The notes: generated from the sequence alone by a model not told the origin. Counted from the first letter of the stretch, positions 9,416 to 21,594 are shown. The stretch is 64,000 nt of DNA from Octopus sinensis (GCF_006345805.1 NC_043000.1:131874001-131938000), one strand, 5' to 3'. A program made the numbers and translations.

Positions 9416-10592
9416 TGTAATCACCTACCGCCTAACCGTCGTGTCTTGCCCCAATTTGTGACTAAGCAAGTTGGAAAGATTGCTCTTCCGCTTTTTGTGT
9501 AAGGGCAAAGGACCTGTAGAACGACCGTGCGAAAAGAGAGGTGACGAATGAATGACTCCTTTAAGCACCACACGGTCGCCTTACAATAAAAGCCAAAATA
9601 TGGATAAATGAGTGTGAGTGCCAGAATGAAATAAAGAAGACGACACAACCGATAGAGATTTAAGAGAAAGGTTTTATTTAGACGTTAACATGTGGCTAGC
9701 AGAGCGTATGTGTACATGTGTGCGTCATAAGTGCATATATAAGAACAATAAGACAGGCCGTCTAACATACAATAATGTATATGTGTGTACAAACAAGGTG
9801 TATGCGTGTGAGATAAAATACAGAGCATACAATAGGACGCTAGATGAATGTCAGACACAAGTTGGAAGATAACAGAGCATAGAAAAGAGTCTATAACAGG
9901 ACGTTAGATCAGACACAATGAAGTGTGAGATAAATACCAATTCGAAGTAAGATACGCAATAGTAGAAGTTCTGCAACAAAGAAGTTGAGGTGACAATTTC
10001 AAAGCCGGTTGAACACATGTCGTATAGCGGTTGTGGCTTGTATGCTATTCCGAGTTAATTGGTACAGAAGGTTCTCGCAGATTGAGCTTACTGTTAATCA
10101 TGGTGAAGTATTCACATACAGTGAGAAGCTAAACCTAAGCGAATGGCTGTGTACGTGCGAGAAGTTATTGGCGTCGATAAGCTGCAGGCGACGGTGGTGG
10201 AGGCGACGTAGGTGGAGGTCCTGAAATGCTGCTAGTGGTGTTGTCTGTCGCTGGAACTGGCTGAGTCCCTCTGTGGTCAGTGACTAGACCTTAGAACGTC
10301 TAGAGCCAAAGACTCTCGATTCGATGAATCGCTTTGTTTTATAGCAAACTATAGGCTCAAAACGGAGCTTTAGAAAAACTGTGTCACGGGACCTTTACAG
10401 AAGGTTGCGATTGGTTGGGTTGCATATTGGCGCGTAATACAGCAAGAGACAAACTGCGCCCAAACCAACGAATCAGTGTAGTGGACACAACATGGCCCAA
10501 ACGGCCGAAGATTAGCTGTTATCTGCTACGTCCGTATTTATGTTATATATGTCAGAGAAAGAGAGGATGAATTTCACTAAGGATACGCTACA
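9416..10592 (-). mobile_element. LTR (~1.18 kb) of an LTR retrotransposon remnant
   Basis: Minus strand starts TGTAGCG directly after purine tract CTTAAAAGAGG(TC), contains GCTATAAAA and AAATAAA, ends GATTACA (TGTA...TACA); its first ~100 bp recur at 18560-18665. Confidence 0.6.
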
Positions 10593-11450
10593 GACCTCTT
10601 TTAAGGTGTTCTATCTCCTGCCAACAACCGCTAAAGAGTGGGCTAGGGATACTGTGGCTAATGATGCGCAGAGGCTGACGTATCTTTGGCTCTGCCTAGA
10701 TGGTGAGCGGGTGTCGTCTCCATTCGCCAATCTGATACTTCCCGGGTTCACTGGTTTCGGTGAATTTGTACCTTGTATTAAGTGTAAGCCACAGTTGGGA
10801 GCATGGCAAGTCAAGTGTCGTAAGGCACTCACGCTTCTCTCCCGGACAGGCAATCCCGACGGCGATGTTCCACCTCGTCATTCTATAGAGGGATAGTAGA
10901 GGCCAAGTATGTTGACGCTCTGGGGGTAACCCTGGGCTTCAATGATACTCAAATTACCGGCCTGTTCCGAAGAACATTTGTGTTTGGGCCTGTGGATAAC
11001 TTCCAAAAGTCCCTGGCTTGGCAGTGTTACCGAGGAGCCTTACCAGTTCGAGATAAATTCGCCAGGCACGGTTCTTCATGCTCACCCACTTGCCCATAAT
11101 GCGCGCAATTGTGCAGAGTCCGAAACTTTCGGAATTGTAGGTTGAACGACTGCTGTCACGTTGAGAAAAAGTAAAACTGTCTTCCGAATCTATACTAAAG
11201 ATTGTTCCACCGCGCTCTCAGAACAGGGAAGACAAGGTCTGTTTTCTCAATGTAGTGGCTGTGGCAAAAGAGGTAGTGCGGAGGACACATATGAAAAGTT
11301 TACTGACGGCGTCTTCATCTCCAGTCTCGGTTTAGTAAGCATTTTTATTTTCTATCTTAAAAAGGCTAATTCAGGTTGGAGAGTACATATGTGAAAAGAT
11401 GGAAGAGTCAAGAATGTTAAGAGTAAACGTGTCTGCTTAAGGGAGAACAT
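10593..11450 (-). mobile_element. Truncated internal region of the LTR element with a degenerate unidentified ORF
   Basis: GC-richer, long stop-interrupted frames (e.g. TRWNIAVGIACPGEKRECLTTLDLPCSQLWLTLNTRYKF) ending just before the PPT; no RT/IN motifs recognised. Confidence 0.4.
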
Positions 11451-12041
11451 AAAATTCTCCTAAAGTGTTCAGTGGAGGAACGTGGTTTGTGGGGTCGCAC
11501 CCGTCCCTCACTCCATCATCAGCATCCTATTTCATCTATCATCTTAGATTTTTTATCTTGTCATCTCATTCCAGCCACGAACCCCTTTGTCTGTCCTCTC
11601 TTTGTCTCTACCTTTATGGTAAATAAAAAAATCAGTTATATTTATTAGTCTAAGTAATATGATAGAACACGCGTTCAGCTAACGCGACAATTATCTCCCT
11701 TACTAAAGTTAAAGAAGCAAATCGATTAAGTATCGCAGAAAATGTTTTGCTGTATTTCTTTCTTTTCTCTCTGGTTGATGGTCGTACAACAATCATGATA
11801 TGAAAGCTATTTTCAACATCTTCATGGGAAAACTTTAATAATCTTAAGTGGACGATTATCACTGTCAACGAGGTTCGTGAATAAAGAACATCCATACAAG
11901 AGGTTCCCACCCGCACGATTTTGTTAATCTACGGTTGCTTTCTGTATTGAGAAATGAAGATAAATCGAATCTGCTGTGTTTTACTGTATGGTATGATAAA
12001 ATTACAATTTGTTCAAATTTATAAAAAAAAAAAAAAAAAAA

Positions 12042-12161
12042 ATGCTTACAGCACCTAGGGTTCCCAAGCGGTCACCCATCCAAGTACTAACTAGGCTCGA
12101 TGTTGCTTAACTTCGGTGATCGGACGAGAACCGGTGCTTTCAACGTGATATGGCCGTAAGC
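12042..12161 (-). rRNA. RNA5S: 5S rRNA gene (copy 3; G81)
   Basis: Full 5S core, A-run (terminator) on left. Confidence 0.97.
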
Positions 12162-12815
12162 AACAACATAGCAAATTTTAATCTATTTATTCTATAAACT
12201 GATAATAAAATTTCGTTTCTAAGAACACAATTTTTTTTTCAATTTATATACAATTTATAGCAATCTTTCGGTAAAAATCTATGACGTCTTCACTCTGTGG
12301 CATTATCTTTCATCTGCTTCACACTGATCAACAATCAAACACTCGCGCCGACACCTACTCATCATTCTTCTCGTATACTACTACCGAAGCGTTACCGAGC
12401 ACTTTATCTTCATTTTCATTGCAACTTACCTACTTTTCATGCCAATCAATCGCTTTTCCTCTCCATTCATTTCTATGTATGTGTATCTATATATGTGTGC
12501 ATCAGTGAGTCAATTTGTGTCACTGTTGATGTTTATCGAGCAAATGAGAAACAATCAATGCGTATGATTGCATTTTTCACTTTTCTCTTGCCAAAAATAA
12601 ACGTTACACAAATTGAATACAGAACTTGCCGAACAAATACTTGCATTTCTCGGAGACGGAAACCAATTAATTGCCTAAAAACTTAAATGACCGTAAAAAT
12701 GACAAGAACAATAGGAAAAGAAGGCGCCTTGACAGCGTCTGTAGCAATATATTTCATCTACTTCACCTTAGGTATCAATTTATAGAATAAATATCTTAAA
12801 ATTTGCAACTCTGTT

Positions 12816-12935
12816 GCTTACGGCCATATCACGTTGAAAACACCGGTTCTCGTCCGATCACCGAAGTTAAGCAACATCGAGCCTAGTTAGTACTTAGATG
12901 GGTGACCGCTTGGGAACCCTAGGTGCTGTAAGCAT
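12816..12935 (+). rRNA. RNA5S: 5S rRNA gene (copy 4; A25)
   Basis: Full 5S core, T-runs downstream. Confidence 0.97.
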
Positions 12936-13157
12936 TCCCTTTTTCTTTTTTTTTAATTTAAACTAATTGTAATTTGGCCATAAGAAGCATTGAAACAACG
13001 CGAATTCGATTTATCTTCATTATTGAATACAGAAAGCATCCGTAGTTGAAAAAAATCGAGCAGGTGGGAATCTCTTGTACAGATGTTCTTTATTCATCAA
13101 CTTTGTTGACAGTGATTGTCATCCGCTTACGCTTACTAAAAAAAACAAACAAAAGGG

Positions 13158-13277
13158 ATGCTTACAGCACCTAGGGTTCCCAAGCGGTCACCCATCTAAG
13201 TACTAACTAGGCTCGATGTTGCTTAACTTCGGTGATCGGACGAGAACCGGTGCTTTCAACGTGATATGGCCGTAAGC
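13158..13277 (-). rRNA. RNA5S: 5S rRNA gene (copy 5)
   Basis: Full 5S core. Confidence 0.97.
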
Positions 13278-13828
13278 AGCAGAATAGTAAATTTTAAGAT
13301 ATTTATTCTATAAACAGATACTAAAACTTATTTTAGAATAAGTTCATTCTCTTTGAAATTTACATTTTTTTATATTAACTTACTACACATTATTTAACAC
13401 ATATTACACTTTTTTCTTCATCTTTGTGACCGAGTCCTAAACTAGAGATTAACAACGCGAAATGTGAAATGTTTCTGCTAAAGATCTACGTGTAAGGAAC
13501 GTAGTAGCCTGACTTGCTGCTGTATAACGTGTTCTAGGTAAATAAAAACTCAAATGACCCTAACAATGACTACGAAAGGTCCATAAGTCGTGATGTAATT
13601 GAAATTAAATTGGGCAATATTTCGGTATTTCTATATGACGGCAATTTCGAGTAAATGGTGCAAGTGTGTGTTTAACTGTACAGCTCTGTGAAGATGAGCC
13701 ATAAAGTCACAGACTCCCTCATCATATCATAAATTGTTTGTAAATTTTAAAGAGAATGAACTTATTCTAAAATAAGAAGTTTTAGTATCAGATCATAGAA
13801 TAAATAGATTAAAATTTAAAATTCAAAT

Positions 13829-13948
13829 GCTTACGGCCATATCACGTTGAAAACACCGGTTCTCGTCCGATCACCGAAGTTAGGCAACATCGAGCCTAGT
13901 TAGTACTTAGATGGGTGACCGCTTGGGAAACCTAGGTGCTGTAAGCAT
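13829..13948 (+). rRNA. RNA5S: 5S rRNA gene (copy 6; A25, G55 in box A, A102)
   Basis: Full 5S core with three substitutions. Confidence 0.95.
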
Positions 13949-14219
13949 TCCATTTACTTTTTTTTTTGAATTGAAACAAGTTGTAATTTGACCTATTTAT
14001 TTTCATTATTGAATACAGAAAACATCGTAATTTAACAAAATCGGGCCAGATCCAAAAAGAGCCTTATATATTGAGTTGGTTGCACCCTCCTCTGCAACTT
14101 TAGTTTGATGGTACCACATTGTTCCTGGGTCTATGGGAATGACACTTTCACTGGTTGTCATTCGCACAACATGTCAGGTAGTTAGGACAATAGCTTTTTA
14201 TAAGTAAGGGTGAGTCTCG

Positions 14220-17200
14220 AGGCTATAAAAAGTGGAAATATCTGATACACAGGTAACCATTGGAAATATTTGTCTATTAACGCCCTAGATGACACTGAAA
14301 TGAAGGAAATATACCACTTTACCATACCCATGATGAATTTTTCATCATCCATTGCCCAAAATTGGAAAATCTCACCAATTTGTTTGAAAAAACGCCCATT
14401 TTTTATTGTTTTTTCACTGTATATTGTCTTTCATTCTTATTTTTTTGCAATTAATTTAATATTCATTAAGATAAACAACATACTTGTATTTAATGTTTAT
14501 TTCTACTCTTCCATGTGAAATTTGAGTCTGCTATCTTCAGTAATGATGATATTATAAGCACTTTCCTTTCCTAAGTAAAGGGTTATCATATCGAAAAACA
14601 TAATATAACCCCCAAAAGTCGAGCAATTTCACTCACCACCAGTGCAAGTCTTACCACAGCCAATAATACACTTTACAGAATGAGCAAATGTGCGGGGGAA
14701 AAACAGTCATCATTATTCATTAATAATCCTCATCCTCATCTTCATCACTGGATTCTGTTTGATCAATATTTGTGGTATTTGTGCATGACTTGACAGGCAT
14801 CAGTGCATGACAATCCATTCATAAGGCATGAGCACCGACTACCGTTACACTGGCTAATACTGCATTTACAAGATATCAATAACAGGAGTGCTTTTGGTGC
14901 TGGTGGTTTGTCTATCCAGTGGATAGCCAATGTGTCATCTTCGAAGTCCCAGCCATAGCCATCTGGATTTGGTGTGGTAGCAGATGCATCCAGTACTGAT
15001 TGCCTAATGCATGCTTGGTAATTTGCCCACTTCACATGGTATTTCAGTGCATCATGAGTCGATGGAAGTTGACAAGTTTGGGCATTCTTGGTGCAGAATA
15101 GTTTATAGCAGACAAGGTCGGTATCATTGCCACTGTACCCATAGAGAGAACAAACAAACTGTCCACATGTTTGCAGCCTTTCATCATCTATATGAAACAA
15201 TGAGCCATTCTCATCATATTGCACATGTCTATGTCAGACACCACCATCTTGAATGCCTGCTTCTATCCCATACCAACAAATGCACCCATGTTGTCAGATC
15301 CTGTGAATGTGTGCATTCCTGGCAGTGCTTCACACACTTCTTTTCCTAGTTTCAGGTCAATAGCTGTGGCATCAAGGTACCTTTGTCTCTGTGTGGTGCC
15401 AGCGCAGAATAGTAGTCTTGCATTGATTTGATGGCTATAAGCACAGGCTAACACAACAACATCTGTATCAGGTGACTTAATTATGATGCATGCATGCCCC
15501 TCTAATGCTGTATAGTCTGCATGTAGCAGAATGCGGTTGTCAGTTTCTTCCTTTGATGTGCACAGTTGATCTGCTCTGCTGCATTTTACACAACCATAAC
15601 TCTCAACAAGCATGTGGCACCCATCCCCATGGGTGATGTACAGTGGTCCAAACCCTTTAAACCTGGAAGCATATTCTGGCTGCTGTAACTCTTCCACCAG
15701 AAACTTTGCAGGATTGGTCTTGTTCCCACCATCACTAAGGAACTACTTCCACTGTGACGAACACTTTTGATGAGTGCCAAAGATCTTTATTTTCAAGACG
15801 CCTGATGTACCATGTTTTGCTTGCTCTGGGTTCTTGATAGACAGCTTAGGATACTGGTCCATAACTAGGGATGTTCTGGCAGGGTTGTTGCTTGTTGACT
15901 TCAGTACTTGAAGAACATAAGTAGCAAGATCTCTGAATGTCTTGGGGACTGTCTTTATGGATTACAGCAAGGCCATTCCATCAAAGAGCCATACTGCTGT
16001 TGTAGGGATGTATTTGCTGGTTTAGCTAGCTCTTCTAATGAATATAAAAGGGATGCCTTGGTAGTCTTTGCAGGTGCACCATCAGGCGTTGCAAGGGACC
16101 ATAGCAGAGGACCCAGTGGATACTGCAAAACTTCTTTCATGTTCATTTGTCTGTGTTGAGCATTGACCACCATCTTTGCAAAGAGTCCCCTATCAGCATT
16201 GATTACAACATCTGTGGTGATTTCGATAGGTTCCTAAATGTTTTGAGTGCAGTCTTTGCTAATGGGGAATAAAGGTCTGTCTGACTGTTACACAGCCTCT
16301 CTTGCACAAAAGATGAGAAAGCGTTAGCTCCTTTCTGTTCTGCAGACAAAATATCTTCTGTTGTATCATCAGTGGCTTTTACTCCTGATGCAATGTTGAT
16401 GAGGGAATCAGTTGTGTTCTTTGTCTCATGTGGGTTCCCCCAGCTTTCTATCATGTCCATGACTTTTTTTAACATCAGCTTCATCTTTCTTTAGGTGAGG
16501 GGAACTAGTTTCTTTGTGATGTTGGTTCTGGGCATCATACATACCAGCCATCTTCCTGCAGATTTGAAGTATGCTTGCCCTGTCATGTGCTGTCAGAACC
16601 CAACGCTGCACTGCCCCTTGGTTGAGGCTGATACCTACTATACCACCACTCGATTTGAAGTCATGATTCGAAATTTGCTCAATGGTCTGGTCAAGAGCAA
16701 CTTGAGAAAATGCACTCTTGGAATTTCGTTGAACTGTAAAATGCCCTTCCAGGAGAAGAGTATTGCTTTCAGGATGTGTCTGAGGCAGGGTCTTCATCTC
16801 ACACCAGTACACAGAGAGGTAATGGGCATAGTTTGTTCTGTCATAGGTAAATACCCAAGGTAGCATCTCATGCACAGAAGCAAGATGCAAAACCCAGTTT
16901 CTCTCTCTAGTAGCACGTGAATCGAAGCAGGCAGACCAGGTCAATGTAAGAGTCCCATAAGGCTGCCAGTTTACTTTTGTCCAACTTGCAGAACACATCA
17001 AATAATTCTAAGAGACATATGAACTCTGGTGCCAACAACATGTTATTGAAGTTGTCTGAAGTGATCTCACTGCTGACATTATCCATTGCTGCCCAAGCGG
17101 GTTGGAGTAAATGAGCATCGTTCTTCTGTGCCCATTCATAGAAGGCTTTGATTCTCAGACGCTGCATAGCTTCCATGACAATTTTGTCTGTTCGTATGGC

Positions 17201-18559
17201 GCGATTATATTGCCGACCCTCAAGCACAGCAGGAATTGAACCAGGAGCAATGATACCAGCTTTGATGACTATATCTGACAGTCCTGCATCACCAAACCTC
17301 TTTCACAGGATTTCAAGGAACATCATAGTGTGAAAGGTCCCCAATCTGAGGATGACACGGGAGAACACTTCTTGCTTTTTCCATACAATTTCTTGAGCTT
17401 TTGCTTACTCAGCAAGGTCCAGTATGATTATAACTTCTTCCTGACCCAATTGTTGTCCCATTTCAACAGACCTCAGGTTGAAGTCAACACAAACCAACAC
17501 TGCACATATAGACGGTGGGCCAAATAAAAAAGGGCCTTATTTATTGAGATGGTCCCCCCTCCGCTCTGCAACTTTAGTTTATTGGTAACAAATTGTTCCT
17601 GGATTTATGTGATGACATTTTCTCTTGTTTGGCTTCCTCGCATTGAAATACATAAAACAAGCCCAAAATGCTCAAAAAACTGCTAAGATTCAAAAGGAGA
17701 ATTTTTTTCACGATTTATATTATTTTTAAATATAATTAATGAGCTGATAATAAATAAAATAATATTAAGAAAAATAAGGAAGAATGCAAAGAAGGAGAAA
17801 GAATACATAAGTATAGAAGATAAAAAATTCTTATAATTTATAACATCAATATAATCCGTTCATCCCGGCGCTATACTCCTGAGAAGAAATAAGAATTTCA
17901 GTTTTTTAATTAACAGTTAAATGCCTCTAATTTTGGCTTTTCACTGAAACAAGGGTAAAATAATTACCTAATTATGGGTCGAAACCATATATGAAAATTC
18001 ATTTCTTGAATGGTATTAAATAAATTAGTTATTACTTTTTAATTGCAAGTTAAATTTTCTTTTATAAAATATAATACCATTAAGGATTAATATAATCATA
18101 TCTAGATTAAAAGTCTATTGCTTATTTGGTTTCAGCCACTTAATAAAATTAATAAAATTACCGAGATTTTTATCGAAATCATCCATTTTGGCCTTATTGA
18201 GGATGGGGTAGGAAATTGCTTATAATATCATTATTATTGAAGATAGCAGACTCAAATTTCATATGGAATAGTAGAAATACACAGTAAATACAACTATTTT
18301 GTTTAACTTAATGAATATTAAATTAATTGCAAAAAAAAAAGGAATGAAAGTCAATATACTGTGACAAAACATTAAAAAATGGGTGTTTTTTCAGACAAAT
18401 TAGTGAGATTTTCCAATTTTGGGCAATGAGAAGATAAAAAATTCACCATGGGTATGGTAAAGAGGTATATTTCCTTCATTTCAGTGACATCTAGGGCATT
18501 AAAAGACAAATATTTCCAATGGTTACCTGTGTATCACATATTTCCACTTTTTATAGCCT
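14220..18559 (-). mobile_element. Academ (AcademX-type) DNA transposon, degenerate, ~340-bp TIRs
   Basis: TIRs AGGCTATAAAAAGTGGAAATAT... (14220-~14565) and inverse (~18211-18559), roughly 80-85% similar by eye; transposase+XPG-like+Cys-rich coding remnant inside; no TSD seen. Confidence 0.75.
14766..17510 (-). pseudogene. Frameshifted, 5'-truncated Academ transposase (DDE - XPG-like nuclease - Cys-rich C-terminus)
   Basis: Motifs across frames: DLAE*AKAQEIVW, RLGTFH, LEGRQYNRAIR, YDRTNYAHY, ALDQTIEQ, SPDTDV, ALPGMHTFTGSD, LPSTHDALKYH, PDGYGW, LISCKC...C...CSC..NGLSCTDAC. Confidence 0.82.
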
Positions 18560-18665
18560 TGTAGTGTTACGCTTAGTGAAATACATCCTCTCTCTCTGAG
18601 ATATATAATACAAATATGAATATAGCAGATAACAGATAGCTTTCGGCCCCTTAGGCCTAGCTATG
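18560..18665 (+). mobile_element. 5' fragment of an LTR related to 9416-10592
   Basis: TGTAGTGTTACGCTTAGTGAAATACATCCTCTCTCTCTGAGATATATAA...TAGCAGATAACAG...TTCGGCC matches the start of that LTR. Confidence 0.6.
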
Positions 18666-18744
18666 TCTTATTAAATAAAGGGATTTTAACCCATAGTCAA
18701 CGAAAGGTCATATCAAACTCTTGTATGGTGATGTCTATAAAGAA

Positions 18745-19225
18745 TTAGATCTCTTGTGGAACACCTGATTCGCTTGAAGCACATGAAGAGCAGGTTTATG
18801 AAACAATGCAAAAGTGTTCTTCAATTCATTAAAGACTATGGATCTTATGAAACTAGTCACACTCAACACCTCATAAAATCATTATTATGCTCAGAAACAA
18901 AGAGTGGATCATGCAACATTGGAGAGAACTGTTATTCACAAAACCCATTAATCCTCCCACTGTAAATACTGCAATCTTGGAAACGGTTAACCAGAGATTA
19001 ATTTAAAAAAAAAATTCCTGTGGCTCTTTCCACAGAGATAGCTACATGCATTAGCATATGTAACTAGCTACTGGGTTGTTTTTGATCCCCTAACAGATAT
19101 AAGTGTATCAAGTTGTATTCTCATCCCTCTGATATAGATGTGAAATCTGGATGCTTTACAAAAATCTCCGCAAGCAACTTGAAAATTCTGTGATCAAGCA
19201 TGGGCTTCAGGTGGCAGGACCAGTG
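18745..19225 (+). mobile_element. Internally deleted RTE-clade LINE remnant (copy A)
   Basis: Endonuclease-RT linker (NKEWIMQHWRELLFTKPINPPTVNTAILETV) joined to RT C-terminus (VYQVVFSSL*YRCEIWMLYKNLRKQLE...WQDQ). Confidence 0.7.
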
Positions 19226-19451
19226 GTCCATTTGGCTCCTGAGGGTCCAGCAAACATTTTTGCAGTCCATGTAACGAAATAGTAGATCCACAATACTATT
19301 TTATGGGGTGCGGTTTAGTTGTGCTCGGATAGACGCTCACTAGGTTAGGTTGGCCTTATATGGATTCAAGCAACAACTACTGCTGAAGGTTAGAACGCGC
19401 ATTCAAATAGAAAATTAGTTCAGTTGCTGCTAGTACGTTGGATAGTCAACC

Positions 19452-19672
19452 CCGTTGCTTGAATCTTCTCATTCTATCAGCTTCATCCAGAACATGGTAA
19501 GTAACCTGTTCGCTTTCCTGATTATTATGTTCACTGAGTTGACAAGTTATCCTGAGCAACTCTCACTCTTCGTAACCAATTCTTCCCTTGACATTCAAGT
19601 TGTTGCTGCAATGAATTTATCCATACCAATTTATCTGGCTTGCGGAATTTGGTCTTTTCAGCAGTACTAGCG
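19452..19672 (-). pseudogene. Decayed DEAD-box RNA helicase fragment (DDX5/17/43-like motif Ia to II)
   Basis: Minus-strand VTYHVLDEADRM followed by RFKQR (each codon one base from GFEPQ); upstream LVLLKRPNSASQI at motif-Ia-like position; stops and deletions. Confidence 0.55.
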
Positions 19673-19685
19673 TCTATACTATGGG

Positions 19686-20445
19686 TCCGATTTTTACCTC
19701 ATAACTTTCAGGGAAATTGATATCTTTTAATGAAGTTTTATAGAAACACCTTTCAAACAGCATAGATTACGATTATAAATAAATTTGTGGGGGAAATGTT
19801 TTCCAAAGGGCTGGGAAGAGGACTGTCGGAAAGTTCACATGATCCCTTTTGTTCCCTCATTACTTTTAGGATCTAGTTTAGCACTCGGTCATGAAAACGG
19901 AAAAAAAAACAGTCTAATAGGTATACGAAAATGTGTAGAAAATGAACATGAAAACAAGAATTTGCGCAAACAATGGTGGGGTAGATGGGGTGAGGACTTT
20001 CGAAAAATTCACACAATCCGATTGTTTCCTTCATAACTTTCAGGAAAGCATTTTCCCCACAAATCAAAATCTATGCCGTTTTAAAGGTGCTTCTGTAAAA
20101 TTTTATTGAAAGATATTCATTTTGTGCAAATTTTTGTTTTCATATTTGTTTTCTATGCACTTTTTTACACCTAGTAGACTGTTTTTTTCTTTTTCGTTTT
20201 GGTGACCGGGTGCTAAACTAGATTCTGAAAGTTATGAGGGGAAAGAAACAGATCGTGTGAACTTTCCGACAGTCCTATCCCCACCCCTTCAGAAACATTT
20301 CCCCCCACAAATTACTTTATAATCGTAATCTATGCTATATGAAAGGTGTTTCTGTAAAATTTCATTGAAATTTATCCATTTACCTGAAAGTTATAAGGGA
20401 AAAAAATCGGATCATGTGAATTTTCCGAAAGTCCTCACCCACTGA
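19686..20445. repeat. Foldback (inverted, internally duplicated) repeat
   Basis: 19702-19800 inverse of 20293-20393; 19821-19922 inverse of 20170-20275; 19988-20044 inverse of 20383-20440. Confidence 0.75.
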
Positions 20446-20506
20446 TCGTTTGTGTAAATTATTGTTTTCATATCCTTTCACATGCTTAATAAAATCCATA
20501 AGACAT

Positions 20507-21170
20507 AAAATATTTTATATAAGAGTGTATAGAGATTTATACACGGAGAGAAGAAACTTAACATGCTGAAAAAGGCAGTTAAATCCAAATCACGAAAAAA
20601 AGGAATTCTTAAGTCATTAGAGTGAATAAAAAATTAGTTAACCTTATACTCGAGTTTCCCTTTTAAAGACCAAATAAATCAGTTTGGTATGTGTAGCTTG
20701 TCTGTAGGATCACTAAAGATTGCATAATTATGTAACTAATCTTTTACTCTTATGCAGTAAAATTTTCCAATTCTTAGGCTATATATTACACAGTTTAAAT
20801 TTATTTACTGCTGTGCTTTTCTGACTATGCTCATGCCCTAAGTTTAAATTCATAATGTATAAAGATGGGGCTATCTTGCGCATGTGTTTGCCTCATGTTT
20901 TTGGTACGTATTACAGCTACAGAATTATGCATTCTATAGCGAATCTACTGATGAGCTACAGATACCAAATTACTTTGTTTGGTCTTTAATAGCAAAACTC
21001 AAGTATAGGGTTATCTAAGTTTTTATTCACTCTAGTGCCTATTAGCTGTGTGCCTTATGAATTCATTTTTTCGTGCTTTGGGTTTAACTGCTCTTTTTAG
21101 CATGTAAGAAGTCCTGTCAAGGTTCTTCTCTCCGTGTATAAATCTTTATACATTCTCATACAAAATATTT
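20507..21170. repeat. MITE-like palindrome with ~200-250 bp arms
   Basis: 20507-20720 is the inverse of ~20940-21170; further copy at ~30040-30375. Confidence 0.7.
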
Positions 21171-21216
21171 GGTAAATTTCGATACTTTTACCTATACGAT
21201 TTTCACCTGGTACGAA

Positions 21217-21561
21217 GGCCAGTCAGGTGGCACTGGTATTGAGCACGCTCGAATGGTGCTTTTTACGTGCCACTGGCACTGGCATCGGCCGCATATTATA
21301 TATGCCAGTGCTGGGGTCACGTAAGAAGCACCATTCGAGCGTGCTCGATACCAGTGCCACCTGACTGGCCCCCTGTCGGTGGCACTTAAAAAGCACCCAC
21401 TACACTCTCTGAGTGGTTGGCGTTAGAAAGGGCATCTAGCTGTAGAAATCTTGCCAGGACAGACTGGAGCCTGGTGCAGTCTCCTGTCTTGCCAGTTCTC
21501 AGTCAAACCGTCCAACCTATGACAGCATGGAAAGCAGATGTTAAACGATGATGATGGTGAT

Positions 21562-21562
<1 letters not shown>
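21217..21562 (+). mobile_element. Octopus-type SINE/short retroposon with long 5' hairpin and (GAT)n tail (copy A)
   Basis: Tail TGGTTGGCGTTAGAAAGGGCATC...CAGTCAAACCGTCC...GCATGGAAAGCAGATGTTAAACGATGATGATG; hairpin 21217-21370. Confidence 0.75.

Positions 21563-21565
<3 letters not shown>

Positions 21566-21594
<29 letters not shown>
21566..21594. repeat. (TA)n microsatellite
   Basis: Direct reading. Confidence 0.9.
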
